Origin: Anaerolineae bacterium
GTDB taxonomy: Bacteria > Chloroflexota > Anaerolineae > B4-G1 > DUEL01
DNA: 64,000 bases
Assembly (NCBI GenBank): GCA_041082215.1
Contig: JBDOIF010000118.1
Location: 1 to 64,000 of the forward strand
Direction: 5' to 3'
Under the pieces are notes generated by a model. That model did not search any database and was not told where the DNA came from. It saw only the letters and a program-made list of their open reading frames with translations. Of this stretch, positions 49,931 through 59,870 are shown in pieces (the stretch's first letter is position 1; each line of letters opens with the position of its first letter). Both the position numbers and the translations under genes were made by a program.

Positions 49931-52233
49931 CCCCGTTTCCCTCGCTCCCGCGTCCAGATCAGCCCGACCACCAGCCCTGCCAGCGCAGCCAGGCTCACTC
50001 CACCCCCGATCCGCACCAGGAGAGGGCGATAGACCATCTCCACCACGTGCTCTCCCGCTTCCAGATAAACGGCGCGGAAGGCGTGGTTGGCCCGCAGGAG
50101 GGGCGCAGGCTCCCCGTCCACCGCCGCCTCCCAACCGGGATACCAGGTGTCAGCCAGGACCAGGTAGCCAGGCCGGTCCAGCACGGCGCGTATTGTAACG
50201 CGGTTGAGGCCATCCTGCAAGACGATGGAGTGCTCGTTGCTGGTTGCCTGTTGCTGGTCGCTGGTTGCTCGTTGCTGGTGACCGATGACGTATGACGTAT
50301 GACGTATGACGTATGACACAGCTGACTGCCGGGACCCGGTTAGGAGGACCTCGGCAGCAGGGTCGAAGGAGGGGGAAGTGAGGGCAGCCAGGACCTGATC
50401 GGGCGGGAGGACACGGGCGGCAGGGACGACCCAGGCGCGGCCCAGGGGGGCAGAAAGGGGGGCCACATAGACCCCCGATTCAGCGGTGGCGGTGACCAGG
50501 TGGGTGACTCCCATCACGCGGGCCAGGTCCGGCGCATCGTCCGCGGCGCGGATCAGGTCGTCGTACCAGCCCACCCGCAGCGGCTCGAAGTTGTTGGCCG
50601 ACGCCACCCCGTCCAGCATCCCCAGGTTGGGGAGCAGCGTTTCCCGGAGCGGCCGCCAGAAGGAGAGGTCGCGCGGGCCGAAGGTATCAAAGCGGAAGAA
50701 GCGGCCAAACTTCAGCTCGTATCCCGGCTCAGGCTTGTCCCCAGCGGGCCAGAAAATCCGCCCGACGGCAGGGTCGGCTGCCAGCGCTGCCCCCACGTCG
50801 CTTCGGCCCTCATAGAAGGCCCGGTCCACCGACGGCACCAGTCCCCAACCGAAGGCCGCCAGGTCAACCAGCACCACTCCCACCACCATCCACCCCCACC
50901 CGCAGGGGCGACCCCTGTGGTCACCCCACAGCGCTAGCCCGCCCGCTACTGCCAGGATCAGCCCTGCCCGCGCCGTCGCCGGGCCGAAGCTGGCGGGGAT
51001 GCCGGGGAGCCGGGCAGCGACCAGCCCCCCCAGCGCAGCCGCTACCCCCACCACCACACCCCACGCCCCACGCCGTCGGGCCGCCCGCCCCCATCCCCAG
51101 CTCTGGGCGCCGATCCCCGCCAGCGCCGTCAACGCCACCGTGGTCACCGCCAGCCATCGGGCAGGGGCCTGGAACCAGTCGAAGGTGGGGACGTGCTCGA
51201 AGAGCCACAGAAAGGCCGGATTGTTCCGCCCCATCGCCAGGAACAGCGAGCAGCCGGCCACCAGCAGCCAGAAGAGCGTCATTTCCCGCCAGGGATGTCT
51301 GCGCCGCAGACCCGCAATCGTCTCCAGGGCCAGCAGGAGCGGCAGGAGGCCGATGTAGGCTGCGTCCTCCCAGTAGTTACCATAGCCCCAGTAATCGCCC
51401 CAGGCCGGATTGCCGAAGAGGTCCGGCGCGATGAGGGTAAGCAGTCGCCAGGGCCAGAGGGAGTAGGTCAATCCCAGTTCCCGGTCCACCCCGGTCGCTC
51501 GCTGGGAAAAGCGGAGAAGCTCGGCGGTGGGCAGGAGCTGCACAGCGGCCAGGGCCAGGCCAACGACGAACGCGCCGCCGGCGAGGAGAAGCGCCCGCCC
51601 GTTTGCCCGTCGCGGAGGAAGACGGAAGAACAGGTAGGCTGTCAGGAGCAGAAGGCCGTAGAAAGCGGTCTGCGCATGGCCTGCCAGCAATCCCATCCCC
51701 AGCGCGCCGCCCAGCCAGAGCCCGTCCCGCAGCCGCCGGGTCTGGCTCAACCGCTCCGCCCGCCAGAGCCAGATGGGGAGCCAGGGAAAGGTGACGGCGA
51801 TGCTGGGGAAGAGGCCGGCCCGGGCCGCCAGGAAGCCGCTTCCCTCCAGGGCAAGCCCCGCCAGCAGCGCCGGGAAGCGGCTCAGTCCTGTCGTCCTTGC
51901 CCAGCCGTACATCCCCATCCCGGCCAGCGCCAGATGGAGCGCCACCGTCCATCCCAGAGCTACCTCTACCGGGAGGAGCAGGGCCAGGCCGTAGAGGGGA
52001 TAGAAAGCGCCGGTCTGATAGTTGGCCGCCAGGGGCGCGCCGCACCCCAGGAGGGGGTTCCAGAGCGGCAGGTGGCCCGCCCGCCACATCTCGGCCGCCA
52101 TCCGCTGCCAGGGAACGAACTGGAGGGCCGGCGTGCCCCAGAAGAGCGCCTCCCCGGCAAGCAGGGAGCGTCGAAGAAGGAGCAGAGGGAGGACAATCAG
52201 CACAACCAGATCACCCAATACCCCGGTCACCAT
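49927..52233 (-). CDS. YfhO family (GT-C) membrane protein
   Basis: PLWNPLLGCGAP, FYP, GHAQ, C-terminal LVLADTWYPGWEAAVDG..RANHAFRAV. Confidence 0.85.
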   Translation of the reverse strand: MVTGVLGDLVVLIVLPLLLLRRSLLAGEALFWGTPALQFVPWQRMAAEMWRAGHLPLWNPLLGCGAPLAANYQTGAFYPLYGLALLLPVEVALGWTVALHLALAGMGMYGWARTTGLSRFPALLAGLALEGSGFLAARAGLFPSIAVTFPWLPIWLWRAERLSQTRRLRDGLWLGGALGMGLLAGHAQTAFYGLLLLTAYLFFRLPPRRANGRALLLAGGAFVVGLALAAVQLLPTAELLRFSQRATGVDRELGLTYSLWPWRLLTLIAPDLFGNPAWGDYWGYGNYWEDAAYIGLLPLLLALETIAGLRRRHPWREMTLFWLLVAGCSLFLAMGRNNPAFLWLFEHVPTFDWFQAPARWLAVTTVALTALAGIGAQSWGWGRAARRRGAWGVVVGVAAALGGLVAARLPGIPASFGPATARAGLILAVAGGLALWGDHRGRPCGWGWMVVGVVLVDLAAFGWGLVPSVDRAFYEGRSDVGAALAADPAVGRIFWPAGDKPEPGYELKFGRFFRFDTFGPRDLSFWRPLRETLLPNLGMLDGVASANNFEPLRVGWYDDLIRAADDAPDLARVMGVTHLVTATAESGVYVAPLSAPLGRAWVVPAARVLPPDQVLAALTSPSFDPAAEVLLTGSRQSAVSYVIRHTSYVIGHQQRATSDQQQATSNEHSIVLQDGLNRVTIRAVLDRPGYLVLADTWYPGWEAAVDGEPAPLLRANHAFRAVYLEAGEHVVEMVYRPLLVRIGGGVSLAALAGLVVGLIWTRERGKRG

Positions 52234-53825
52234 ATCACCTCAAACACCCCATACCCCCCCGACCAGTACACCCGCCGGAGGTAGGGGACGGTGAAGGGGT
52301 CGAACCCCCCCAGCGCCCGTTCCGCCGGCCCCCAGAAGAGCCAGTCCACCCCGTACTCCGCAAGCAACGCCCGTCGCCACTCGTCATCGGTGGAGGGGTC
52401 GAAGAAACGGCTTACCAGCTCCCGCTTCTCATCGAAGCGGACCGTCTCCGGGCCGTGGCCGACAAAAGCCCGCGCCCCCACCCGGGCGGGGAGGTAGTTG
52501 CCGGTCTCGTAGGTCGCCAGCACCACATCGTCTGGCCGGACCCGCCCGCTCAGCCAGTCCAGCGCCGCCACTTCCCCCGCCTCCCGGAAGACCGGAGCGG
52601 GGCGGGGCAGGAGCGCCAGAGAGTTTCCCACCACAAGAAGGAGGCTGACAGGCAGGAGCATGGACAGCATCCCCACCATCAGCCCTCTCCTCAGGCCCTC
52701 AGAGCGGGGAAGCTCGACCGCCGCCCGGGCTGCCAGGAGGCTTAAGGGGACCTGCACCCCTTCCACCAGCCGCCGCTGGAGGTTGAAGGGGAGGTAAACC
52801 AGGAGCGGAACCACGCTAACCCAGGCCAGAAGCGCCCACATCGGCCCCCTCTCCCGCCACACCCGGGGGGCAATCGGGGCAGCCAGCAGCAACGGCAGGC
52901 CAAAGGCGAGCAGGTAGTGGGCCGGGTGCGGGGAAAGGATGCGGTTCTGGGCCGACCAGGCCGCGTAGACCGGGTCGGTGGTGAAGACCCAGGCGCTGTA
53001 GAGGACGACGGGGGCGGATAGGAAGCCGACCAGGGCCGTCGGTCCCAGCCCCCGCCAGGGGAGACGGCGCTGGCGCACGGCCAGCGCCACCCCTATTCCG
53101 CCCGCCGCCGCCCACGCCACCAGGACGTAGAAAGGGACGATCATACCCATCCCCAGCCAGGCCAGGCCGGCCAGGAGGGCAGGCCGCGAGAAGCGAGGTA
53201 CATCCGTTTCCACTTCCCAGGCTTGCAGGATGAAGAGCAGGCCGAGCAGCAGAAGCGTCCGCGCCAGAGCGATGTGGGGGAAGCCGTAGAGGACCAGGAA
53301 GGTGAACCCCTCCGGCAGAATGAGGTCGAGGGGGAGGCTGCCCAGCCAGTCGGGCCGGCCCAGCGCCATCGGCAGCCAGCCCAGCCCCCCACCGAAAGCG
53401 ACCAGCAGGAAGGCCAGCCGCCGCACCCGCAGGTCGGCGGTGAAGGCAGTCAGGAAGCGGTAAACGGTGAGCAAAAGCCCCATCCCGAAAAGCAACCGCG
53501 CGCCGTGATAGGTCCAGACCAGCCTGGCCGTCAGGTCGGCCCCGGGCAGGAGAGCCGCCAGTTTCCCCAGAAGGAGATGGAAGAGGAAGAAAAGGGTCCC
53601 CGGATGGGGTTCGGGAGTGTATGCGATATGGAAGAGCCAGGCCCCCTCCGCCCCCTCCCGCATCTTGGTCAGGTAGGAGTAGCCGTCCTCGACGGCGTAG
53701 ACGAAGCCGCCGAACCGTCGCTCCGGAGTCTGGAGGGCCAGCCCCAGGAGATAGGGGGCCGAGGCCAGCGCCAGCGCCGCCGCGCCAGTCAGGAGGACCC
53801 ACTTCCACTCACGCTCTGTCATCAT
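52227..53825 (-). CDS. Multi-TM GT-C-like membrane protein
   Basis: EDGYSYLTKMREG, YTPEPH, C-terminal GNYLPA..FVGHGPET; paralog of 53972-55483. Confidence 0.65.
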   Translation of the reverse strand: MMTEREWKWVLLTGAAALALASAPYLLGLALQTPERRFGGFVYAVEDGYSYLTKMREGAEGAWLFHIAYTPEPHPGTLFFLFHLLLGKLAALLPGADLTARLVWTYHGARLLFGMGLLLTVYRFLTAFTADLRVRRLAFLLVAFGGGLGWLPMALGRPDWLGSLPLDLILPEGFTFLVLYGFPHIALARTLLLLGLLFILQAWEVETDVPRFSRPALLAGLAWLGMGMIVPFYVLVAWAAAGGIGVALAVRQRRLPWRGLGPTALVGFLSAPVVLYSAWVFTTDPVYAAWSAQNRILSPHPAHYLLAFGLPLLLAAPIAPRVWRERGPMWALLAWVSVVPLLVYLPFNLQRRLVEGVQVPLSLLAARAAVELPRSEGLRRGLMVGMLSMLLPVSLLLVVGNSLALLPRPAPVFREAGEVAALDWLSGRVRPDDVVLATYETGNYLPARVGARAFVGHGPETVRFDEKRELVSRFFDPSTDDEWRRALLAEYGVDWLFWGPAERALGGFDPFTVPYLRRVYWSGGYGVFEVIW

Positions 53826-53841
53826 CGGCCCATGACAAGAT

Positions 53842-53954
53842 CACGAATCCAACGAATAAGGCAAATAACGCAAATTCCGGTTGGACACAGGCTCGAACAA
53901 AGCCGGGGTCGCCCGGAAACATTCGTGAGATTCGGCCTGTTTGCGCCATTCGCG
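53842..53954. repeat. 9-mer periodic inverted repeat (CGAAT x4 ... ATTCG x4), stand-alone version of the MITE-1 interior
   Basis: CGAAT/CAAAT at 53844, 53853, 53862, 53871; ATTCG/GTTTG at 53921, 53930, 53939, 53948. Confidence 0.75.
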
Positions 53955-53971
53955 GAGAATTCCGCGCATTG

Positions 53972-55483
53972 TTAACGACGGTAAATAGCTGCATTCCCGG
54001 CCTCAAAGAGGGGTTCGCCCGCTGGAGGCGGGCCTAACGCCTGCTCCCGCGGCCCGTAGAACAGGTACTCCACCCCCATCTCCTCCAGCCAGGTCGGGTC
54101 GCGCTCACCCCGCCAGAACCGCTCTACCTGCGCCCGCCGCGTCTCCGCCTCCACCGTCTCAAAGGGATGGCCATAGACCACCCGCTGCCCGGCCCAGGCG
54201 GGTATGAAGATGCCCATCTCCGGCGCGCAGAGGACCACCTCCTCGTGGGAAACATGTTCCCGCAGCCAGTCCAGCACCGCCCACTCCCCATCGCTCAGAT
54301 AGAGGAGGGGGTGGCCCCCCACCGCTGCACCGACCCCCAGGGCAAGGAGAAAAAGGGGGGTCAGGACACAGAAGCCCACCAGGGCGACCTGCAGGGAAGC
54401 CCTCCACTGGCCCCTCCGCAGCCTCCACCAGCCCATCCCGGCCAGCAATCCCACCGGCACGCCCAGCCCCAGGCTGAGGCGACGGGCCAGGGTCAGAGGA
54501 AGCGCCAGCCCCACAGCGGTCGCCAGCGCCCAGCCCAGAAGCAGCCCGTCCTCCCCCCGTCGCCGCCGGAGGGCCACTGCCACCCCCACAGCCGCCAGAG
54601 GGGCCAGCAGCCCGAAGGCCAGAAGCCACTCCAGAAGGGAAGGAGAGGGGGTCGCGTTCTGCGCGTTCCAGGCCGCAAGGACCGGGTCGGCATGGATCGC
54701 CCAGAGGGTGTAGAGGGGGTATGGAAGGGAGAACGCCGCCGCCAGCATCATCCAGGCTATGAAACGGCAGGGAACCGACCTCTGGAGCACAGCCCGGACC
54801 CCAGCCGCTCCCGCCAGCCCTCCCAGCAGGGGGACCAGGCCGAAGGGCTGGATGGCCCCCAGTGCTACCGCTGCTGCCGTCATCGCCGCGCCGGCGCAGG
54901 AGGAGCGATCCGCCCGCAGCCCCCAGTGGGCCGCCCAGACCAGCAGCGCCAAGGCGGTGGGGAAATGAGCGTTGGTCAGCAGGGCAAGGAAAGGAAACGC
55001 CTCCGCCACCCACAGGTCGGGGGTTTCCCGCCCCAGTGGAGCGGCCAGCCACCCCAGGCCGGCCCCCATCGCCGCCAGGAGGAAGAGCAGACGGCGTTCC
55101 TTCAGCCCGTCGCTCAGGTGAGCCGCCAGCCGGTAGAGGCCGAAGAGGAGCGCCAGCCCTCCCACCGTCCGCACCGCGTGGTAGACCACCAGGAGCGGCA
55201 GGCGGGTCCAGCGAGCCAGGTGCCCCAGAAACAGGTAGAAAAGGTAGATCGGCGCCCCCTTTTGAGGCTCTGACGTGTAGGTAAGGCGGAAGAGCCAGGA
55301 ACCCTCAGCTCCCAGGCGCATCTTCGCGATGTACGTATAACCGTCCAGCGGATTGTAGACCAGGCCGGTGAAGTGGACGCCCGGGGAGGCGGCCGCCCAG
55401 CCTGCCAGATAGGGCAGCCAGGCAAGCGCAAGCAGGCCCAAAGCGACCCCCGTCACCCACCGCCACTCCCGCCGTTCCACCAT
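53972..55483 (-). CDS. Multi-TM GT-C-like membrane protein
   Basis: LDGYTYIAKMRLG, YTSEPQ, C-terminal GIFIPA..VYGHPFET; paralog of 52227-53825. Confidence 0.65.
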   Translation of the reverse strand: MVERREWRWVTGVALGLLALAWLPYLAGWAAASPGVHFTGLVYNPLDGYTYIAKMRLGAEGSWLFRLTYTSEPQKGAPIYLFYLFLGHLARWTRLPLLVVYHAVRTVGGLALLFGLYRLAAHLSDGLKERRLLFLLAAMGAGLGWLAAPLGRETPDLWVAEAFPFLALLTNAHFPTALALLVWAAHWGLRADRSSCAGAAMTAAAVALGAIQPFGLVPLLGGLAGAAGVRAVLQRSVPCRFIAWMMLAAAFSLPYPLYTLWAIHADPVLAAWNAQNATPSPSLLEWLLAFGLLAPLAAVGVAVALRRRRGEDGLLLGWALATAVGLALPLTLARRLSLGLGVPVGLLAGMGWWRLRRGQWRASLQVALVGFCVLTPLFLLALGVGAAVGGHPLLYLSDGEWAVLDWLREHVSHEEVVLCAPEMGIFIPAWAGQRVVYGHPFETVEAETRRAQVERFWRGERDPTWLEEMGVEYLFYGPREQALGPPPAGEPLFEAGNAAIYRR

Positions 55484-55540
55484 CCTCCCTTTTCCACCTC
55501 CTGCCTCCTGCCTCCCTGCCTATTTTAGCACAGAGACCAC

Positions 55541-55569
55541 TTGCCAAAAAGCCCAGGCTCTGCTATAAT
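55541..55569 (+). promoter_or_regulatory. Sigma70 promoter of tRNA-Pro
   Basis: TTGCCA-17 bp-TATAAT with extended TG. Confidence 0.8.
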
Positions 55570-55577
55570 CCCATTCG

Positions 55578-55652
55578 CGGGGCGTAGCGCAGTCCGGCTA
55601 GCGCGCTACAATGGGGTTGTAGAAGTCGACGGTTCAAATCCGTCCGCCCCGA
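55578..55652 (+). tRNA. tRNA-Pro(GGG), CCA not encoded (CCT follows)
   Basis: Acceptor CGGGGCG/CGCCCCG, anticodon stem CTACA/TGTAG with loop ATGGGGT, GGTTCAAATCC T-arm. Confidence 0.95.
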
Positions 55653-55664
55653 CCTGATACCGCC

Positions 55665-55702
55665 AAAGTTGAGACGTCGCTGACGCGACGCCTCAACTTT
55701 TT
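55665..55702 (+). terminator. Intrinsic terminator after the tRNA
   Basis: AAAGTTGAGACGTCGC-TGAC-GCGACGCCTCAACTTTTT. Confidence 0.8.
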
Positions 55703-55715
55703 GTAGGACAAGCTT

Positions 55716-55916
55716 ATGAGTTCTAACAAATTAATCCGGCCATAATCCTGCGCGGCTCTTGTGGAAAAAGCGTGGCGCAGGCCGCCAGGCCTGCAGGGAC
55801 AGGCTAACAGCCTGCGCTACGCCCGGCCATTCTTGTGGGTATAGTGCTCCCCGACCACGCAAATTCCCGGAGAACCTCCTGCACCATTGTGCACGGATCA
55901 ATTTTTCAAAGTTCAT
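55716..55916. mobile_element. MITE family 2, inserted in a REP-like palindrome
   Basis: 23 bp imperfect TIRs (17/23) ATGAGTTCTAACAAATTAATCCG / CGGATCAATTTTTCAAAGTTCAT; flanked by the two arms AGGACAAGCT and AGCTTGTCCT. Confidence 0.65.
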
Positions 55917-56002
55917 CAGCTTGTCCTGCGCTTGCCCTACAGAAGCCCTTGCCCTAAAGGGGAGTTCCGCCTATAATCTCCTTAAACCGCCAGGGAGGAA
56001 CG

Positions 56003-58018
56003 ATGGAGAAAGCAGACCTGATCCTGACCGGTGGCGTTGTGGTGACGATGAACGAGCAGTCCGACCTGTTCGAGCCGGGGGCGGTGGCGGTACGGGACGG
56101 GGTCATCGTCGCCATAGGGCCCGCCGGGGAGATCGAGGCTGCATGGGAGGCGGCAGAGGTGGTGGACTGCCGGGGGTGTGCGGTGATCCCCGGCCTGATC
56201 AACGCCCACACCCATGCCCCGATGACGCTGGTGCGCGGCCTGGCCGACGACCTCCGGCTCGATGTCTGGCTGATGGGGTACATGATGCCGGTCGAGCGGG
56301 CCTTTGTCCGCCCCGACTTCTGCTGGCTGGGAACCCAACTGGCCTGCGCGGAGATGATCCGCTCCGGAGTCACCTGCTTTGGCGACATGTACTACTACGA
56401 GGAAGCGGTGGCCGACGCGGCGGCCCAGGTGGGCATACGTTCAGTCTGTGCTCAATCCATCCTCAAATTCCCCACCCCCGATGCGACCAGCTACGACGAG
56501 GGGCTTCGGCTGGCTCAGGATTTTGTCGGTCGCTGGAAGGGGCACCGCCTGATCGTGCCGGCCCTGGGCCCTCACGCTGCCTACACCGCCACGGCCGAGC
56601 TGCTGCAGGAGTGCGCCCGGCTGGCGCTGGAATACGACGTACCCCTCCATATCCACCTGGGGGAGACAGCCCAGGAGGTGGAGGAACATCGGGCCGAGTA
56701 CGGCATGCCGGTCGTCCCCTGGGTCAAAAAGCAGGGGGTTTTCGAGGCCAAAGTCACCGCCATGCACTGCGTCCATCTGGACGAGGGGGAGCTTCGCACG
56801 CTGCTGCACCACAATGTGGGGGTGGCCCATAACCCCAGCAGCAACCTGAAGCTGGCCAGCGGCATCGCGCCGGTGGTGCGGATGCTGGAGCTGGGACTAG
56901 CCGTGGGGATCGGCACCGACGGGCCGGCCAGCAACAACGATCTGGATATGTTCGAGGAAATGCGGCTGACAGCGCTGCTGGCCAAGGGGGCCACCGCCGA
57001 TCCCACAGCGGTCCCCGCCAGGCTGGCAATGAGGATGGCGACGATCCTTTCGGCACGGGCACTCCACATCGCCGACCTGGCTGGCTCGCTGGAAGTGGGG
57101 AAGCGGGCGGACATCACCGTGATTGACCTGGAGCAAATCCACCTCACCCCCCGTTTCCACCGGGACGAGGACAGCATCTACTCCCTTCTGGTCTATGCAG
57201 CCAAGAGCAGTGACGTCCGCCACGTCCTCTGCGATGGCCGCTGGCTGATGCGCGACCAGGAACTGCTCACGGTTGACGTGGAGGCGTTGAGAGCGCAGGC
57301 TGCTCAGGTAGCACGGAAGATTGACCAGTTCCTGATCGAACGGGAAGAGAGCGTGCTGAGCAAGCTGCTGGCCATCGGCGGGGTTGCACAGGAGAGGACG
57401 TTCGAGGTGCAGGTGAAGGTGCACCTGCTGGATGCGTCCCCGGTGGAGAAGGCTCTGGGCAGCGACGATCTCCCCATCGTCCAGTCCTCCTGGCGTCGGC
57501 AATATGACACCTACTTCCTGTTCGAGGATGCGGAGCACAGCCGGCTGCGGTATCGGGAGGACGAGGTCCTGGACCAGGGGGGAGAGGTCAAAGACGTCCT
57601 CTACCGGCTGACCCTTGTGGGCGAGGTCAAAGAACGGGAATTTGCCCGCTCCGTGGTCCTCTCCCGGTCCCGCTTCGATGCGCCGGCCACCCGCAGCCTC
57701 CGCTTCTACCGCGAGTACTTCAAGCCGAATGAGGTGTGGGAAGTGCATAAAGAACGCCGCCGGTATCACGTCCGATACGGCGGGACCGATTTCGCCGTCA
57801 ATCTGGATCGGGTGATGAAGCCCGAGCTGCCCGGGACTTTCCTGGAGATCAAGAGCCGCACCTGGTCAGCCCAGGATGCGGAGCGGAAGGCGGAGCTGAT
57901 CGGCGAACTGCTGGCCCTTTTCGGCGTGGAGGATCGGCAGCTGGTGCGGCAGGAGTACCTGGAGCTGGCGAAAGAGGCGGCCCGCCTGGAGATGACCAGG
58001 TCGGGTGGTCAACCCTGA
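56003..58018 (+). CDS. mtaD: MTA/SAH deaminase-like amidohydrolase fused to a C-terminal CYTH domain
   Basis: INAHTH, HIHLGET, HCVH, GTDGPASNN; C-terminal FEVQVK...QYDTYF...RLRYRE...KERRRY...FLEIK. Confidence 0.8.
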   Translation: MEKADLILTGGVVVTMNEQSDLFEPGAVAVRDGVIVAIGPAGEIEAAWEAAEVVDCRGCAVIPGLINAHTHAPMTLVRGLADDLRLDVWLMGYMMPVERAFVRPDFCWLGTQLACAEMIRSGVTCFGDMYYYEEAVADAAAQVGIRSVCAQSILKFPTPDATSYDEGLRLAQDFVGRWKGHRLIVPALGPHAAYTATAELLQECARLALEYDVPLHIHLGETAQEVEEHRAEYGMPVVPWVKKQGVFEAKVTAMHCVHLDEGELRTLLHHNVGVAHNPSSNLKLASGIAPVVRMLELGLAVGIGTDGPASNNDLDMFEEMRLTALLAKGATADPTAVPARLAMRMATILSARALHIADLAGSLEVGKRADITVIDLEQIHLTPRFHRDEDSIYSLLVYAAKSSDVRHVLCDGRWLMRDQELLTVDVEALRAQAAQVARKIDQFLIEREESVLSKLLAIGGVAQERTFEVQVKVHLLDASPVEKALGSDDLPIVQSSWRRQYDTYFLFEDAEHSRLRYREDEVLDQGGEVKDVLYRLTLVGEVKEREFARSVVLSRSRFDAPATRSLRFYREYFKPNEVWEVHKERRRYHVRYGGTDFAVNLDRVMKPELPGTFLEIKSRTWSAQDAERKAELIGELLALFGVEDRQLVRQEYLELAKEAARLEMTRSGGQP

Positions 58019-58040
58019 TGGGCCGTGACGGATAAGGGGG

Positions 58041-58976
58041 ATGGGAAAACACCGGATTGTAGGGAATGGGCTGCGCACCGTCGGGTGGGTGTTGCTGGTC
58101 CTGGCGGCGGGGGCGCTGGGACTGTGGGCGGGCTGCACGCTCCAACCGCCCCCCGAGGGACAGGAGACGGCAGAAGCCACATACATCATCGAGAACAAAG
58201 GGTCCGATACGCTGGTCAACCTCGCCCTGGCCTGGGCGGAAGCGTACATGCAGCTCCATCCAGAAGTGCGCATCTCCGTAACGGGTGGGGGGTCCGGCAC
58301 CGGCATCGCGGCGATGATCAACGGCACGGTGGACATCGCCAACGCCTCACGGGAGATGAAGCCGGAGGAGATCGCCGCCGCTGAGGCCAACGGTATCCAC
58401 CCTGTGGAGTTCACCGTCGCCATGGACGCCATCGCTGTCGTCGTTCATCCCTCCAACCCGGTGGACCGGTTAACCCTGGAGCAGATCTCCGACATCTATA
58501 CCGGCAGGATCACCAACTGGAGCCAGGTGGGTGGTGAGGATCGGCCCATCGTCCTCCTTTCCCGCGAATCCAACTCCGGCACGTATCTCTATTTCCTCGA
58601 GCACGTGATCCGGCTGGGGGGCGAGGAGAGCGACCTCCTGTTCTCTCCCGACACGCTTCTGATGCCCTCTTCGGAGGGGATCAGCACCGAAGTGCGGCAG
58701 AATCCCAATGCCATCGGTTACGACGGCCTGGGGTATGTGACGCCGGAACAGAAAGTGATCGCCGTAGCCCTCGGCCCCGAGGGTCCCTACGTGCTCCCGT
58801 CGGTCGAGACGGTCAACGACGGCACCTACCCCATCGCCCGCGCACTCTACATGTACACCGCGGGTGAGCCGAGCGGAGCGATCAGAGCGTACCTGGATTG
58901 GATACTGACCGAGGGGCAGGCGCTGGTGCCGGAGCTGGGTTTTGTACCTCTCGCGGTGGAGAGTTCGGCGGATTAG
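58041..58976 (+). CDS. pstS: Phosphate ABC transporter substrate-binding protein
   Basis: KGSDT, GGGSGTG, ANASR, RESNSGT, YPIAR. Confidence 0.93.
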   Translation: MGKHRIVGNGLRTVGWVLLVLAAGALGLWAGCTLQPPPEGQETAEATYIIENKGSDTLVNLALAWAEAYMQLHPEVRISVTGGGSGTGIAAMINGTVDIANASREMKPEEIAAAEANGIHPVEFTVAMDAIAVVVHPSNPVDRLTLEQISDIYTGRITNWSQVGGEDRPIVLLSRESNSGTYLYFLEHVIRLGGEESDLLFSPDTLLMPSSEGISTEVRQNPNAIGYDGLGYVTPEQKVIAVALGPEGPYVLPSVETVNDGTYPIARALYMYTAGEPSGAIRAYLDWILTEGQALVPELGFVPLAVESSAD

Positions 58977-58985
58977 GTCAAAGCA

Positions 58986-59870
58986 ATGAGCACGCGCTGG
59001 AAGGAATTTGCGGTCGAATCCATGATCCGTGTGCTGGGCCTCTCCAGCATTGGGTTCGTCATCCTCATCTTCTTCTTCCTGCTCAAGGAGGGAGTGCCCG
59101 CCTTCCTGCAGGTAGCGCCTGGCAACCTCTTCAGCACCCGATGGTACCCCATTTTCGATCTTTACGGCACCCTCCCCCTGATCCTCGGCTCCATCGTGGT
59201 CACCCTCACCGCCATCGGCATTGCCCTCCCGCTGGGGGTGGCGACGGCCGTTTTCGTGCGGGAGGTAGCCCCGGGGTGGGCGCGTGAGGTCCTCAAGCCG
59301 ATGATCGAGGTCCTGGCAGGCATCCCTTCCGTCGTCCTGGGCTTCTTTGGTATGACGGTGCTGGCCCCCCTGGTGCGGGAGACGCTGGGGGCCCCCACCG
59401 GTCTGACCGCCTTCACCGGTGGGCTGGTCCTGGCCTACATGTCCCTCCCTACCATCATCAGCGTGGCAGAGGATGCGCTGGACGCAGTGCCCAAGAGCTA
59501 CCGGGACGCGGGGCTGGCGATGGGGGCCACCCAATGGCAGACCATCTGGCGGGTGGTGGTGCCCGCTGCCCGTTCCGGCATTGTGACGGCGGTGATGCTG
59601 GGGATGGGGCGGGCCATTGGGGAGACGATGGCGGTGATGATGGTGACCGGCAACGCTACTCGAATGCCCCTCACCCTCGACTCCCTCTTCCGCCCTGTCC
59701 GCACGATGACCGCCACCATCGCCGCCGAGATGGGAGAGGTGGCCCAGGGCAGCACCCATTACCACGTCCTCTTCGCCATCGGCCTCATCCTTTTCCTGAT
59801 CACCTTTCTCATCAACCTGGCGGCTGCCGCGACGATCTTCAAGAAGCGGCGGCGGGGAGGGCTGCGATGA
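58986..59870 (+). CDS. pstC: Phosphate ABC transporter permease
   Basis: LAGIPSVVLG, GMGRAIGETMAV. Confidence 0.95.
   Translation: MSTRWKEFAVESMIRVLGLSSIGFVILIFFFLLKEGVPAFLQVAPGNLFSTRWYPIFDLYGTLPLILGSIVVTLTAIGIALPLGVATAVFVREVAPGWAREVLKPMIEVLAGIPSVVLGFFGMTVLAPLVRETLGAPTGLTAFTGGLVLAYMSLPTIISVAEDALDAVPKSYRDAGLAMGATQWQTIWRVVVPAARSGIVTAVMLGMGRAIGETMAVMMVTGNATRMPLTLDSLFRPVRTMTATIAAEMGEVAQGSTHYHVLFAIGLILFLITFLINLAAAATIFKKRRRGGLR

Noticed and set aside
55578..55930. tRNA-anchored genomic island or prophage
   Set aside because: No integrase and no duplicated tRNA 3' end seen; flanking genes are housekeeping
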